A stretch of 64,000 bases of DNA from Methylophilaceae bacterium (GTDB lineage Bacteria; Pseudomonadota; Gammaproteobacteria; Burkholderiales; Methylophilaceae): contig JAIXRI010000001.1 of the NCBI GenBank assembly GCA_027485305.1, positions 12,231-76,230 of the forward strand, given 5' to 3'. The translations under genes and the position numbers were made by a program. Below the pieces are notes generated by a model that was not told where the DNA came from, made no database searches, and saw nothing but the letters and a program-made list of their open reading frames with translations. This document shows, one piece after another, positions 40,646 through 50,399 of this stretch (the stretch's first letter is position 1; each line of letters opens with the position of its first letter).

Positions 40646-41026
40646 ATGCAAAGAACCATGCTCAAATCCAAATTGCATCGAGTGCGCTGTACGCATTCTG
40701 AATTGGACTACGAGGGTTCATGTGCGATTGATGAAGATTTACTTGATGCAGCTGACATTCATGAATATCAACAAATCGACATCTACAATATCAGCAACGG
40801 TGAACGTTTCACTACCTATGCTATTCGTGCACAACGCGGCTCTGGCATTATCTCTGTGAACGGTGCTGCTGCTCGCAAGGCTGAACCAGGTAACTTATTG
40901 ATTATTGCCAGCTATGCAAGCTATACCGAATTAGAACTCGAAAAATTCAAACCCCAACTCGTTTACGTTGATCAAGATAATCGTATCATCGACCAACGTC
41001 GTGACATCCCTGTGCAAGCGGCATAA
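40646..41026 (+). CDS. panD: Aspartate 1-decarboxylase PanD
   Basis: MLKSKLHR N-terminus and the self-processing site YEGSCAID (Gly-Ser). 126 aa. Confidence 0.95.
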   Translation: MQRTMLKSKLHRVRCTHSELDYEGSCAIDEDLLDAADIHEYQQIDIYNISNGERFTTYAIRAQRGSGIISVNGAAARKAEPGNLLIIASYASYTELELEKFKPQLVYVDQDNRIIDQRRDIPVQAA

Positions 41027-41091
41027 GCCCTGCACGCTAAGCTTACCCGCAGATTTATTTGCCAACAGATTCAATACAAGAAAGTAGCCTT

Positions 41092-41454
41092 ATGGAATTA
41101 GAAGCAATGAAACAAGCCGTTGTCGACGCGCTTGAGGACATCAAAGGCTATGACATCACCGTAATGGATGTGCGTAAATTGACCTCAATGGCAAGCTATA
41201 TGATTGTGGCAAACGCGACTTCATCACGCCAGACTAAAGCGATGGCCAATAACGTCATTGTGAAATTAAAAGAACTTGGCGTTGAAGCGCGTGGTACTGA
41301 AGGTGAGCGTGAAGGGGAATGGGTGTTGGTTGATTTGGGCGATATTATTGTTCACATCATGCTGCCTGCGACCCGTGCTTACTATAACTTAGAGCAACTT
41401 TGGGGTGCGGCGGAAGGTAATCGCCACATCACGAACGACACCAAAGCGCCTTAA
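41092..41454 (+). CDS. rsfS: Ribosomal silencing factor RsfS
   Basis: Motifs L.D.K..DI.V.DV and D.GD..VH.M..E.R..Y.LE.LW. ATG at 41092; the track start at 41059 is TTG. Confidence 0.88.
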   Translation: MELEAMKQAVVDALEDIKGYDITVMDVRKLTSMASYMIVANATSSRQTKAMANNVIVKLKELGVEARGTEGEREGEWVLVDLGDIIVHIMLPATRAYYNLEQLWGAAEGNRHITNDTKAP

Positions 41455-41491
41455 ACCTCTATCGCTTAGACAGCGAGCATAAGCCGTCACC

Positions 41492-41959
41492 ATGAAAATA
41501 CGCATCATCAGTGTTGGTCATAAAATGCCAACTTGGGTGGAGCAAGCTTGCGCTGAATACATCAAGCGCATGCCGCGTGAAGCCAGCGTAGAAATTATCG
41601 AAATCAAACCCGATAAACGCGCTGCCGGCAAAAATTCAACCGTTGTTCAAGAAGCCGAAGCTAAACGTATTTTAGAAGCTTGTGGCAAAGACTATATTGT
41701 CGCGCTTGACGAATGTGGCGCAGAAGTCACCACCTTAAAATTGGCTGAACGCATGAGTGCCTGGTTAGGCAATGGGCGTGATGTATGCCTCATTATTGGC
41801 GGCGCAGATGGCCTGCATTCTGATATTAAGAAAAATGCTGATTGGCTTTGGAGCTTATCCAAGTTAACTTTGCCTCATGGCATGGTACGCGTTGTACTCG
41901 CGGAGCAACTTTATCGCGCTTGGTCTGTCATTAATCATCATCCCTATCATCGAGAATAA
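41492..41959 (+). CDS. rlmH: 23S rRNA (pseudouridine1915-N3)-methyltransferase RlmH
   Basis: SPOUT family, 155 aa, IGGADG and HPYHRE C-terminus. Follows rsfS as usual. Confidence 0.93.
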   Translation: MKIRIISVGHKMPTWVEQACAEYIKRMPREASVEIIEIKPDKRAAGKNSTVVQEAEAKRILEACGKDYIVALDECGAEVTTLKLAERMSAWLGNGRDVCLIIGGADGLHSDIKKNADWLWSLSKLTLPHGMVRVVLAEQLYRAWSVINHHPYHRE

Positions 41960-41986
41960 TCGCTTATTTCCGCGACCCAAAAACCC

Positions 41987-43429
41987 ATGCAAAAATACAA
42001 TAAATCCTTAGTATGGTTTCGCCGAGATTTACGTGATTACGACCACGCAGCGCTTTATCATGCGCTTAAAAATTCCGAGCAAGTATTTTGCCTCTTCATT
42101 TTTGATACTGAAATTCTTGATCAGCTTAAAGACAAAGCTGACAGGCGCGTTGAGTTTATTTGGGAAAGCCTAAAAGAACTTAAAGCAGCATTTCAAAAAC
42201 ATGGCGGCGACCTGATTGTTGACTATGGCATCGCCAAAGAACTTGTCGTTAAACAAGCTCAAAAATTAGGCGTTGAGGCAGTTTTCAGCAACCGCGATTA
42301 CGAACCAAAAGCAGTGGCCCGGGATGTCGATGTCGCTGAAAAACTTTCAAAACTGAACATTGAGTTTCATCAATTTAAAGACCAAGTCTTATTTGAGAAA
42401 GACGAAGTACTCACCCAGCAGGGCAAGCCTTACGGCGTGTTTACGCCCTATAAAAACGCACATCTCAAAAAGCTTGATGACTACTTTTTACAAGCTTACC
42501 AGGTCGATCGGTACGCAAAGCATCTAGCAAAGCATCAAGCTGACGTGATGCCAAGCCTTGACGAAATGGGCTTCAAAATAACGAATCTCACTCAAATGAA
42601 ACTGCCTATTGGCATGTCAGGTGCCCTACAACTGTTTGAAGATTTCAAAGAACGGATTACTCACTATCACGATGCGCGAAACTTCCCAGCAGTCAAAGGC
42701 CCCTCTTATCTTTCAGTGCATTTACGTTTTGGTACGATCTCCATTCGTCATCTTGCAAGAACAGCAAAAAATACTGTCGGGGCCGGCGCTGAAACCTGGC
42801 TCAATGAGCTGATTTGGCGAGACTTTTATTTTCAGATTTTGTATCACCAGCCTAAAGTAGCCCAAGGCAAAGCTTACAAAGCCGAATTTGATGCACTGCC
42901 ATTCCCCAACAATCAAGCGATTTTCCAGGCTTGGTGCGATGGGGCAACCGGCTACCCGCTGATTGATGCGGCAATGCGACAACTAAACCAAACTGGCTAT
43001 ATGCACAATAGATTACGTATGGTGGTCGCTAGCTTCTTGGTGAAGGATTTATTAATCGACTGGCGCTGGGGAGAACGATACTTTGCTGAAAAACTGATCG
43101 ACTTTGATCTAAGTGCTAACAACGGCGGATGGCAGTGGGCTGCCTCCACAGGCTGTGATTCACAACCTTGGTTTAGGATTTTTAACCCCATTACCCAATC
43201 TGAAAAATTCGATAGCGCAGGCAAATTTATCCGTAAATATATCCCTGAATTAGTGAATTGTTCAGACAAAGAAATTCATGCGCCATGGCTGATACCATCT
43301 CTCAAACAAGAAATGCTTAACCTACAAATCGGCAGAACTTACCCTCAACCGGTTGTTGACCATGCAACGCAGAGGAACTTGGCACTCGCTTTATACAAAA
43401 GTGCCGGGGAACATGCCTGTAAAAACTGA
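41987..43429 (+). CDS. phrB: Deoxyribodipyrimidine photo-lyase (class I CPD photolyase / cryptochrome family)
   Basis: N-terminal LVWFRRDLR, and an FAD-binding domain with WRDFY, TGYPLIDAAMRQL..TGYMHNRLRM, and W...LIDFD...N.GGWQW. Confidence 0.9.
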   Translation: MQKYNKSLVWFRRDLRDYDHAALYHALKNSEQVFCLFIFDTEILDQLKDKADRRVEFIWESLKELKAAFQKHGGDLIVDYGIAKELVVKQAQKLGVEAVFSNRDYEPKAVARDVDVAEKLSKLNIEFHQFKDQVLFEKDEVLTQQGKPYGVFTPYKNAHLKKLDDYFLQAYQVDRYAKHLAKHQADVMPSLDEMGFKITNLTQMKLPIGMSGALQLFEDFKERITHYHDARNFPAVKGPSYLSVHLRFGTISIRHLARTAKNTVGAGAETWLNELIWRDFYFQILYHQPKVAQGKAYKAEFDALPFPNNQAIFQAWCDGATGYPLIDAAMRQLNQTGYMHNRLRMVVASFLVKDLLIDWRWGERYFAEKLIDFDLSANNGGWQWAASTGCDSQPWFRIFNPITQSEKFDSAGKFIRKYIPELVNCSDKEIHAPWLIPSLKQEMLNLQIGRTYPQPVVDHATQRNLALALYKSAGEHACKN

Positions 43430-43532
43430 TAAATAAATTTAATTTTATGGACACAGATGTGTCACTAAGTTAAAGTGGAAGGAAGTTGCATTAAGGTTTT
43501 TTATGCAAATGAATATTCAAATCGGAAATACA

Positions 43533-44261
43533 ATGAGAACTAAATTTCTAATCATTTTAATGACATGCTTGCTCACATTGATGACAGGTTGTGCTTCTGT
43601 TGACAATCGAGATCCTCTTGAAGGCCTCAATCGTGGTATTTACAAATTTAATGATGTTTCTGACAAAGCAGTGTTCAAGCCAATCGCTGGTGCATATAAA
43701 GCTGTATTGCCATCCCCTGTAAGAAGTGGCGTAAACAATTTCTTTTCAAATTTAAACACATTTATTACTGCAATCAACCAAGTGCTTCAATTAAAATTTA
43801 ACAAAGCAGCAGAAAGTGCGGGGCGTTTTGTTATTAACAGCACCTTGGGCGTTGCTGGTTTATTCGATGTCGCTTCCAAACAAGGCATACCACAATATAA
43901 AGAAGATCTTGGTCAAACCCTTGGTTTTTGGGGTGTAGGCAATGGCGCATACTTAGTTCTTCCATTCTTCGGCCCATCAAGTTTGCGTGATGGGGCTGGC
44001 TTAATTACTGAAAGCTTGACCATCGATCCAATAGGGTATGTTGATGACCCAAGAATGCGCAACATCCTTCTTGGCACTAAATTCATTGACAGGCGCGCAT
44101 CGTTCCTTCCTGGCAGTGATTTACTGGATGAAGCAGCGCTTGACCCTTACACATTCATGCGTGACGCCTATCTTCAAAGACGCGCTAATCAAGTCGCTGA
44201 TGGCGAAGTTGTTGTGAATTATGAAGGTTTCGAACCGGACAACTCTAAACCTGCTAAGTAA
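43533..44261 (+). CDS. mlaA: Phospholipid-trafficking outer-membrane lipoprotein MlaA (VacJ)
   Basis: Lipobox LMTGC, DPLEGLNR.I..FN, and VacJ-family core. An alternative ATG lies at 43503. Confidence 0.88.
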   Translation: MRTKFLIILMTCLLTLMTGCASVDNRDPLEGLNRGIYKFNDVSDKAVFKPIAGAYKAVLPSPVRSGVNNFFSNLNTFITAINQVLQLKFNKAAESAGRFVINSTLGVAGLFDVASKQGIPQYKEDLGQTLGFWGVGNGAYLVLPFFGPSSLRDGAGLITESLTIDPIGYVDDPRMRNILLGTKFIDRRASFLPGSDLLDEAALDPYTFMRDAYLQRRANQVADGEVVVNYEGFEPDNSKPAK

Positions 44262-44280
44262 ATATTGAGTAAAAAATAAA

Positions 44281-44313
44281 AAAAGCCATGTTCAATAGAA
44301 CATGGCTTTTTGT
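44281..44313. terminator. Bidirectional intrinsic terminator between mlaA (+) and pmbA (-)
   Basis: 10-bp stem AGCCATGTTC (44284-44293) / GAACATGGCT (44298-44307), loop AATA, with A run and T run flanks. Confidence 0.85.
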
Positions 44314-44346
44314 TTGTCTATACTATTTTTATATCAATCTAGATTG

Positions 44347-45714
44347 CTAGTCACCGCCGACAGTCATCCCCTCAATCAGAACTGATCCAATCTGCTTAGA
44401 GCCTTGCACTAAAGTATCATTACCAATCGCCACGATTTGTTTGAACATGTCAGCTAAATTACCCGCAATGGTAATTTCCTCTACCGCATGCACAATCACT
44501 CCTTTTTCGACCCAAAATCCAGCAGCGCCGCGCGAATAATCACCGGTCACCATGTTAATGCCGTGTCCAAGCAACTCCGTTATTAACAATCCTGTGTCCA
44601 TTGTTTTGAGCATCGCATTAAAATCCAAATCACTATGGCTCACAATTAGGTTGTGATTGCCACCGGCATTGCCAGTGCTCTGCATACCCAATTTACGTGC
44701 TGAATAACTAGACAATACATAGCCTTGAAGCACACCATCTTTCACCAATGTACGGGATTGGGTTGCCACCCCTTCATTATCAAAAGGGCTACTTCCCAAG
44801 CCTCTCAATAAGTGCGGATTCTCTTCAATGGTTACTAGCGGTGACATGACTTGCTTACCCAAGCTATCCAATAAAAAGGAGGATTTACGATACAAGCTTC
44901 CACCCGAAATAGCAGAAATTAAATGTGAAATTAAACCCGAAGACAATGAGGCATCAAACATTACAGGCACTTGCGCTGTTTTTATACGCTGGCTGCCTAG
45001 CCTTCTCACTGTGCGCTCACCCGCTAATTGGCCAACGTGCTGCGCACTTTCTAAGTTGTCTGCACATCGTGCTGTACTGTACCAATAGTCCCTCTGCATA
45101 TTGTCTTGGCCGTCATCAGCAATTACCGAACAGCTCAAGCCATGGCGCGAACTTGCATAGCCGCCATTAAAACCATGGGAATTGGCATATGCAAACATGC
45201 CCTCATAAGTAGAAACGGAAGCCCCTTCAGAATTACTAATACGCACATCAACGCTACGCGCTTCAGCTTCACATACCTTAGCTAATTCAATCGCATCATC
45301 TACCGAGATATCCCAAGGGTGATGCAAATCTAAATCAGGGAAATTTTTGGCCATTAAGGCAGCATCCGCTAAACCACAGAACTCATCTTTGGCGGTATAA
45401 CGAGCAATATTACATGCGGCGACCACAGTATCTTTCAACGCTTGAGGCGAGAGGTCAGAGGTGCTGGCGTGGCCTTTCTGCTGTCCAAAGTAAACACTAA
45501 CTGAAACGCCTTTATCACGGTTATATTCGATCGTTTCAGTTTCGTTCATGCGCACTGAAACATTTTGACCAAAGCCCAAGCTTACTTCTGACTCCGCAGC
45601 ACTTGCCCCTGCCTCTTTTGCAAGACGTAAAATGGCTTCACTCATCTCTTGCAATTGCGCTAATGAATAACTAAATCGCGGCTCACTCATGGGATTTGTA
45701 CCGTTCTCATTCAA
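44347..45714 (-). CDS. pmbA: Metalloprotease PmbA (TldE)
   Basis: 455-aa TldD/PmbA family. Divergent from yjgA as in E. coli. A later Met (MSEPRF, 45690) is possible. Confidence 0.9.
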   Translation of the reverse strand: MNENGTNPMSEPRFSYSLAQLQEMSEAILRLAKEAGASAAESEVSLGFGQNVSVRMNETETIEYNRDKGVSVSVYFGQQKGHASTSDLSPQALKDTVVAACNIARYTAKDEFCGLADAALMAKNFPDLDLHHPWDISVDDAIELAKVCEAEARSVDVRISNSEGASVSTYEGMFAYANSHGFNGGYASSRHGLSCSVIADDGQDNMQRDYWYSTARCADNLESAQHVGQLAGERTVRRLGSQRIKTAQVPVMFDASLSSGLISHLISAISGGSLYRKSSFLLDSLGKQVMSPLVTIEENPHLLRGLGSSPFDNEGVATQSRTLVKDGVLQGYVLSSYSARKLGMQSTGNAGGNHNLIVSHSDLDFNAMLKTMDTGLLITELLGHGINMVTGDYSRGAAGFWVEKGVIVHAVEEITIAGNLADMFKQIVAIGNDTLVQGSKQIGSVLIEGMTVGGD

Positions 45715-45747
45715 ATGAATTTATAAAAACTGCTATCATATCGCACT

Positions 45748-46320
45748 ATGAGACCTAAAAAGATAGATCCCAACGCTGAGGAAGTCGATTTAATCGAACC
45801 GATCAGCAAAACAAAACTTAAAGCGGAGGCTGATGCTCAACAAGAGCTTGGCGTAAAGCTTGTGGCTTTGCCTAGTAGTAAGCTTGCGCTTTTGGATTTA
45901 CCTGAGCGATTATTAGATGCAATCAACGAATCTAAACGAATTACTGCAAATGGCGCCACTCGTCGCCAAAAGCAATACATCGGTAGCTTGATGCGGGAGA
46001 TTGATATCGGGCCAATTGTTGAGCAAATGGAAAAATGGGAAGGTAAAAACACGGCTGAAAATGCTTACTTCCATAATCTAGAACGCTGGCGCGCACGACT
46101 GATTGAAGAAGAAGGTGCATTCTCTGAGTTCATCAATCAACATCCAAACATTGATAGCCAGCAAGTCAGAACATTAATTCGAAATGCACGCCGTGAGGCA
46201 TCCTTAGCTAAGCCCCCTAAAAGTAGCAGGGAGCTTTTTAAATTGCTAAGAGAAATTACATCAGGCAGCCAGGATGCCACAAATGACGACTTTGTTTCTG
46301 AAGAAAACCAAAATGACTAA
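45748..46320 (+). CDS. yjgA: Ribosome-associated DUF615 protein YjgA (DarP)
   Basis: Highly charged 190-aa protein with the YjgA-type sequence (SKT.LK.E...LQ.LG..L..L; RRQ.QYIG.LMR). Conserved divergent pairing with pmbA. Confidence 0.85.
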   Translation: MRPKKIDPNAEEVDLIEPISKTKLKAEADAQQELGVKLVALPSSKLALLDLPERLLDAINESKRITANGATRRQKQYIGSLMREIDIGPIVEQMEKWEGKNTAENAYFHNLERWRARLIEEEGAFSEFINQHPNIDSQQVRTLIRNARREASLAKPPKSSRELFKLLREITSGSQDATNDDFVSEENQND

Positions 46321-46350
46321 GTGCCAAAATGACTAGTGTTAGTGCATGGC

Positions 46351-47076
46351 TTAATTCAAAGTCATTTTGCTTTCGAGTCGCATTCTATTCCTAACATAAA
46401 CCACATCGACTGTTTGACCTGAATATTGCGTCACTGCTTTTGTCAGATCAGTTACCTTTATTAGTGTCACATCAGCAATACTGACTAAAAAGTCATCTTT
46501 TGCTATTCCAGCTTTCTCAGCGGCAGACCCATCAATCACCACCATCACCAGCAAGCCATCAGCAGCATCGTCGTCTTTTTCAGGAACCTTCACATGAACG
46601 CCCATCGATGGCTTGGCGATTTTAGCCCAATAAGAGGCGAAATAAGCATAACTTGCCCCAGCTTCAACGGGCGCCTGACCAGTCTTTTTTGCTTCACGTA
46701 ATTGCTGAATTTTTGCGGTTGCAGAAGGTTTATCAGAGCGCTCGCTATAAACCAACACAACTTCTGCATGCACTTTTTTGGCCTGAGGCATCGCCATCTC
46801 TGGCGCTACATTTCCTGCTTTAAAGTCAGAATAACCAATCAACTCAAATCCACGCTCTTCCATCCGTTGCTTATCCGCTATTTTGTCTGTGCCTGAATAA
46901 ATTTTTGGGTCGGCATTTGGGATAATTCGTTTTGCATTGGTTGTTTTAGTCTCAACATACGCATTACTAAAAAAGTTCTGATTTGCAATGACTTCTTCTA
47001 AAGTCTGAGCATCCTCAGCGACTGACACATTCGCCAGCATAAGAAAACTCAATAATGTGTACCCCAGTAAACGCAT
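46351..47076 (-). CDS. Hypothetical periplasmic PDZ-domain protein
   Basis: Signal peptide MRLLGYTLLSFLMLANVSVA|ED and a C-terminal PDZ-like segment (GLLVMVVIDGSAAEKAGIAKDDFLVSI). ATG at 47076; the track start at 47118 is an upstream in-frame start that adds a 14-aa N-terminal extension before the signal peptide. Confidence 0.7.
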   Translation of the reverse strand: MRLLGYTLLSFLMLANVSVAEDAQTLEEVIANQNFFSNAYVETKTTNAKRIIPNADPKIYSGTDKIADKQRMEERGFELIGYSDFKAGNVAPEMAMPQAKKVHAEVVLVYSERSDKPSATAKIQQLREAKKTGQAPVEAGASYAYFASYWAKIAKPSMGVHVKVPEKDDDAADGLLVMVVIDGSAAEKAGIAKDDFLVSIADVTLIKVTDLTKAVTQYSGQTVDVVYVRNRMRLESKMTLN

Positions 47077-47211
47077 GATGCTTCCTTTATTAAACAGAAA
47101 ATTTAAATCAATCAACACAAAGACAATAACAGCTTAACCTAATAATATGGGATGATTTCACATTAATATGAATAACTTTATCTAGACCAACCTATACTCG
47201 AAATAATTCAA

Positions 47212-47802
47212 ATGTCAGTACAAACAATTAAAATTGGTCTCGTATCTATCAGTGATCGCGCTTCAACAGGCGCTTACCAAGATCTTGGTTTACCGCATCT
47301 TCAAGACTGGTTAGCCAAAACGCTTATCACGCCATGGCATGCTGAAAAACGTCTTATCCCCGACGAAAAATCAGAAATTGAATTTACCCTTAAACAGCTT
47401 GTAGATGACGTAGGCTGTAGCTTAATTTTAACCACTGGCGGCACAGGGCCGGCAATTCGAGATGTGACCCCGGAAGCAACATTAGCAGTTGCTGATAGAG
47501 AAATGCCAGGATTCGGCGAGCAGATGCGTCAAATCAGCTTAAACTTTGTGCCAACGGCGATCCTGTCTCGCCAAGTGGCCGTTATTCGCAAGCAATGTTT
47601 AATTATCAATTTGCCTGGCCAACCAAAAGCCATCGCCCAAACGCTAGAGGGCTTAAAAGATGAAGCTGGCAAACAAACCGTGCATGGCATTTTTGCCGCA
47701 GTGCCTTATTGCTTGGACTTAATTGGCGCGCCATACATTGAAACCCATGCTGAGATTGTTCAAGCATTTAGACCAAAATCAGCCGTAAAAAATAAGAGTT
47801 AG
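47212..47802 (+). CDS. mog: Molybdopterin adenylyltransferase Mog
   Basis: MoaB/Mog family, TTGGTGP motif, 196 aa. Confidence 0.88.
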   Translation: MSVQTIKIGLVSISDRASTGAYQDLGLPHLQDWLAKTLITPWHAEKRLIPDEKSEIEFTLKQLVDDVGCSLILTTGGTGPAIRDVTPEATLAVADREMPGFGEQMRQISLNFVPTAILSRQVAVIRKQCLIINLPGQPKAIAQTLEGLKDEAGKQTVHGIFAAVPYCLDLIGAPYIETHAEIVQAFRPKSAVKNKS

Positions 47803-47810
47803 CAAATATT

Positions 47811-48209
47811 ATGCATCTAAACATTACCCCATACTATGCCGCGGTATTGGCTTTACTGTTTATTATTCTTTCCGTGAGAACCATCAAATCAAGGCGCGAA
47901 CACAAAGTGGCGATTGGTGATGGCGGTGAAAAAAGCATATTAAGAGCATCCCGCGTGCATGCTAATTTTTCAGAGTATGTACCATTAACGCTCTTACTTA
48001 TTGCGATGTTGGAGATACAGTCTTACTCGGACTGGGTCATCCATAGCTTATGCATTGCGCTCCTTGCAGCCAGGATTGCTCATGCTTACGGCGTAAGCCA
48101 AACCAATGAAAACTTCAAGTTTAGGATTTTCGGCACAGCAACCACGATTAACATCATTGCCATTTGTGCGTTTTTACTGCTCGCAAAACCTTTTCTAATA
48201 GGCGCTTAA
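47811..48209 (+). CDS. MAPEG family inner-membrane protein (YecN-like)
   Basis: 132 aa, 3-4 TM. RASRVHANFSEYVP matches the MAPEG signature region. Confidence 0.8.
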   Translation: MHLNITPYYAAVLALLFIILSVRTIKSRREHKVAIGDGGEKSILRASRVHANFSEYVPLTLLLIAMLEIQSYSDWVIHSLCIALLAARIAHAYGVSQTNENFKFRIFGTATTINIIAICAFLLLAKPFLIGA

Positions 48210-48223
48210 GACCATCATCAATT

Positions 48224-49198
48224 ATGCCAAACGAATTCAACATCATCGAAAAATACTTTACCCGCGCGAGCCAGAATGCAGACTTAGGGGTTGGTGATGA
48301 TGCAGCACTTATTCAAATCAGCGCAGGCCATCAATTAGCAGTTTCCGCTGATATGTCGGTGGCTGGGACGCATTTCCTTGCTGACTGTCCCGCTTACTTT
48401 GTTGGCTGGAAATCCCTCGCAGTGAATGTTTCGGACATAGCAGCGATGGGTGCAACGCCAAAATGGGCAACGCTTGCGATTGCTTTGCCAAATATTGACG
48501 AAGCTTGGTTAGCTGAATTCTCACGCGGATTTTTTGCTTGTGCCGATGAATTTAGCATCAGCCTCATTGGAGGCGACACCACACGCGGTCCGCTCAATAT
48601 TAGCGTGCAAATAATGGGAGAACTGCCGATTGGCAAAGCACTCCGCCGAGACGGCGCTAACCTTGGTGATGAAATTTGGGTGTCTGGCACATTAGGTGAA
48701 GCTGCACTTGGCTTAGCGCAACTACAAAATAAACTGCCTGAAAACACTTTATCTGCTGCAGAAAAAAAAGTTTGTATTGATGCCCTGCAAGCACCACAAC
48801 CTCGAGTGGCTTTGGGTTTAGCATTGCAAGATATTGCGAATAGCGCCATCGACATTTCAGATGGATTACTAGCCGATTTAGGGCACATTTTAGAGCGCTC
48901 ATCATTAGGCGCAAATCTATTTTGGGAACACGTTCCAAACATTCATATTAGCAATGGAATCGATGCTAAAACGCTTCAAAGCCTTGTTTTAAATGGCGGT
49001 GATGATTATGAGTTATGCTTTACAGCGCCCGCATCCCAACATGATGCAATTTTAGCGATTGGTAAAAAGCTAAATTTAAAACTTTCCGCCATAGGCGAAA
49101 CCACGCCAGCGCCCTCAATTAAAGATAGGCTTAATGTTTATGATAAAAACCATCAAGCAATTGAATTGAAAAGTGCAGGGTATGACCACTTCGGCTAA
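48224..49198 (+). CDS. thiL: Thiamine-monophosphate kinase ThiL
   Basis: N-terminus EFNIIEKYF...GDDAA, and an AIR-synthase-like fold (GGDTTRG). ATG at 48224; the track start overlaps the upstream gene. Confidence 0.9.
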   Translation: MPNEFNIIEKYFTRASQNADLGVGDDAALIQISAGHQLAVSADMSVAGTHFLADCPAYFVGWKSLAVNVSDIAAMGATPKWATLAIALPNIDEAWLAEFSRGFFACADEFSISLIGGDTTRGPLNISVQIMGELPIGKALRRDGANLGDEIWVSGTLGEAALGLAQLQNKLPENTLSAAEKKVCIDALQAPQPRVALGLALQDIANSAIDISDGLLADLGHILERSSLGANLFWEHVPNIHISNGIDAKTLQSLVLNGGDDYELCFTAPASQHDAILAIGKKLNLKLSAIGETTPAPSIKDRLNVYDKNHQAIELKSAGYDHFG

Positions 49199-49679
49199 AA
49201 CCATCACACCAAGTTTGCAGTTTTTACTGCGCCACCCTAGCCACTTCATTGCCTTAGGATTTGGCACAGGCTTGTCGCCAAAAGCCCCAGGCACTGTCGG
49301 CACGCTTGTAGGTTTACCTCTATTCTGGTTGCTTACATTCACGCCAGAATCTACCCATTTCATTAGCCTCGCCGCTTTATTTCTAGTTGGCATTTCGCTT
49401 TGCTCCAAAACTGGCAATGCTTTAGGCGTTTCAGATCACGGCAGTATCGTTTGGGATGAAATTGTCGCGATGATGCTGGTACTTGAATTTACGCCAGCAA
49501 GTCCGCTTTGGTGGGGTGTCGCCTTTGTACTTTTTCGTCTCTTTGATATTTGGAAGCCAATCCCTATCCGTCAATGCGATGCAAAACTCAAAAGCGGCTT
49601 TGGGGTGATGTTTGATGACCTGCTCGCCGCCATTTACGCCATCATTAGCCTGCAAGTAATATGTTTAGCCCTGAACTAA
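49182..49679 (+). CDS. pgpA: Phosphatidylglycerophosphatase A PgpA
   Basis: Motifs GFG.GLSPKAPGT.GTL and WDE..GM. Follows thiL as is common. Confidence 0.9.
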   Translation: MTTSAKTITPSLQFLLRHPSHFIALGFGTGLSPKAPGTVGTLVGLPLFWLLTFTPESTHFISLAALFLVGISLCSKTGNALGVSDHGSIVWDEIVAMMLVLEFTPASPLWWGVAFVLFRLFDIWKPIPIRQCDAKLKSGFGVMFDDLLAAIYAIISLQVICLALN

Positions 49680-50149
49680 AAGCTTTGTCACAAGAGGTCG
49701 GCGAGTTACTGCTGGCTAAAAAATACGTGCTTAGCTTAGCAGAGTCCTGCACTGGCGGACTCATTTCTGCGCTTATCACCAATACGGCGGGGAGCTCGGC
49801 TTGGTTTGATAGCGGTTTGGTCACTTATAGCAATCAAGCAAAACAAGATTTACTCAAAGTAAAAGAGACTACGCTCACCCAATACGGTGCAGTCAGCGAG
49901 CAAGTAGCCATGGAAATGGCGATTGGCGCGCTACAGCAAGGCAGAGCAAATATTGCAGCCAGCGTAACTGGGATCGCAGGACCAGATGGCGGCACCATGG
50001 CGAAACCTGTCGGTACAGTTTGCTTTGCTTGGGCCAGCGAGACTTTTCCATCAAAAACGAAAACCTACTTATTCCAAGGCAATCGAGAACAAATTAGAGA
50101 ACAATCCATCATCGCTTTGCTCACTGGGCTACAAGGCCTAATCAATTAA
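49661..50149 (+). CDS. pncC: Nicotinamide-nucleotide amidohydrolase PncC (CinA C-terminal domain only)
   Basis: Motifs AESCTGG and GIAGP.GG...KPVGTV. 162 aa, directly upstream of recA. Confidence 0.88.
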   Translation: MFSPELKALSQEVGELLLAKKYVLSLAESCTGGLISALITNTAGSSAWFDSGLVTYSNQAKQDLLKVKETTLTQYGAVSEQVAMEMAIGALQQGRANIAASVTGIAGPDGGTMAKPVGTVCFAWASETFPSKTKTYLFQGNREQIREQSIIALLTGLQGLIN

Positions 50150-50399
50150 TTACTTTCACTGCAACCACTTAATGATTATTTTTAATTATTAGTGTACGTT
50201 CGTACAATCGTTTGCTAAAATCAAAAAACTAACGCTAAAAAGCGCTTCAAAAATACTGATCGGCTTGAATTAGTCCATGGCTTAGCCTTACTTTTGGCCC
50301 CGAATTGTGGAATAATCATATTCTTGATTTGAAAACTTTTTTAGCACTTTGATGGCGTAAAAAAAGCCTAAACTAATCAAGACAAAACCAGAGGATATT

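Noticed and set aside
43450-43463. Palindrome GACACA-GA-TGTGTC between phrB and mlaA.
   Set aside because: This is a single 6-2-6 dyad. Its loop is too short for a hairpin terminator, and I could not find a second copy in the window. That is not enough to call an operator.
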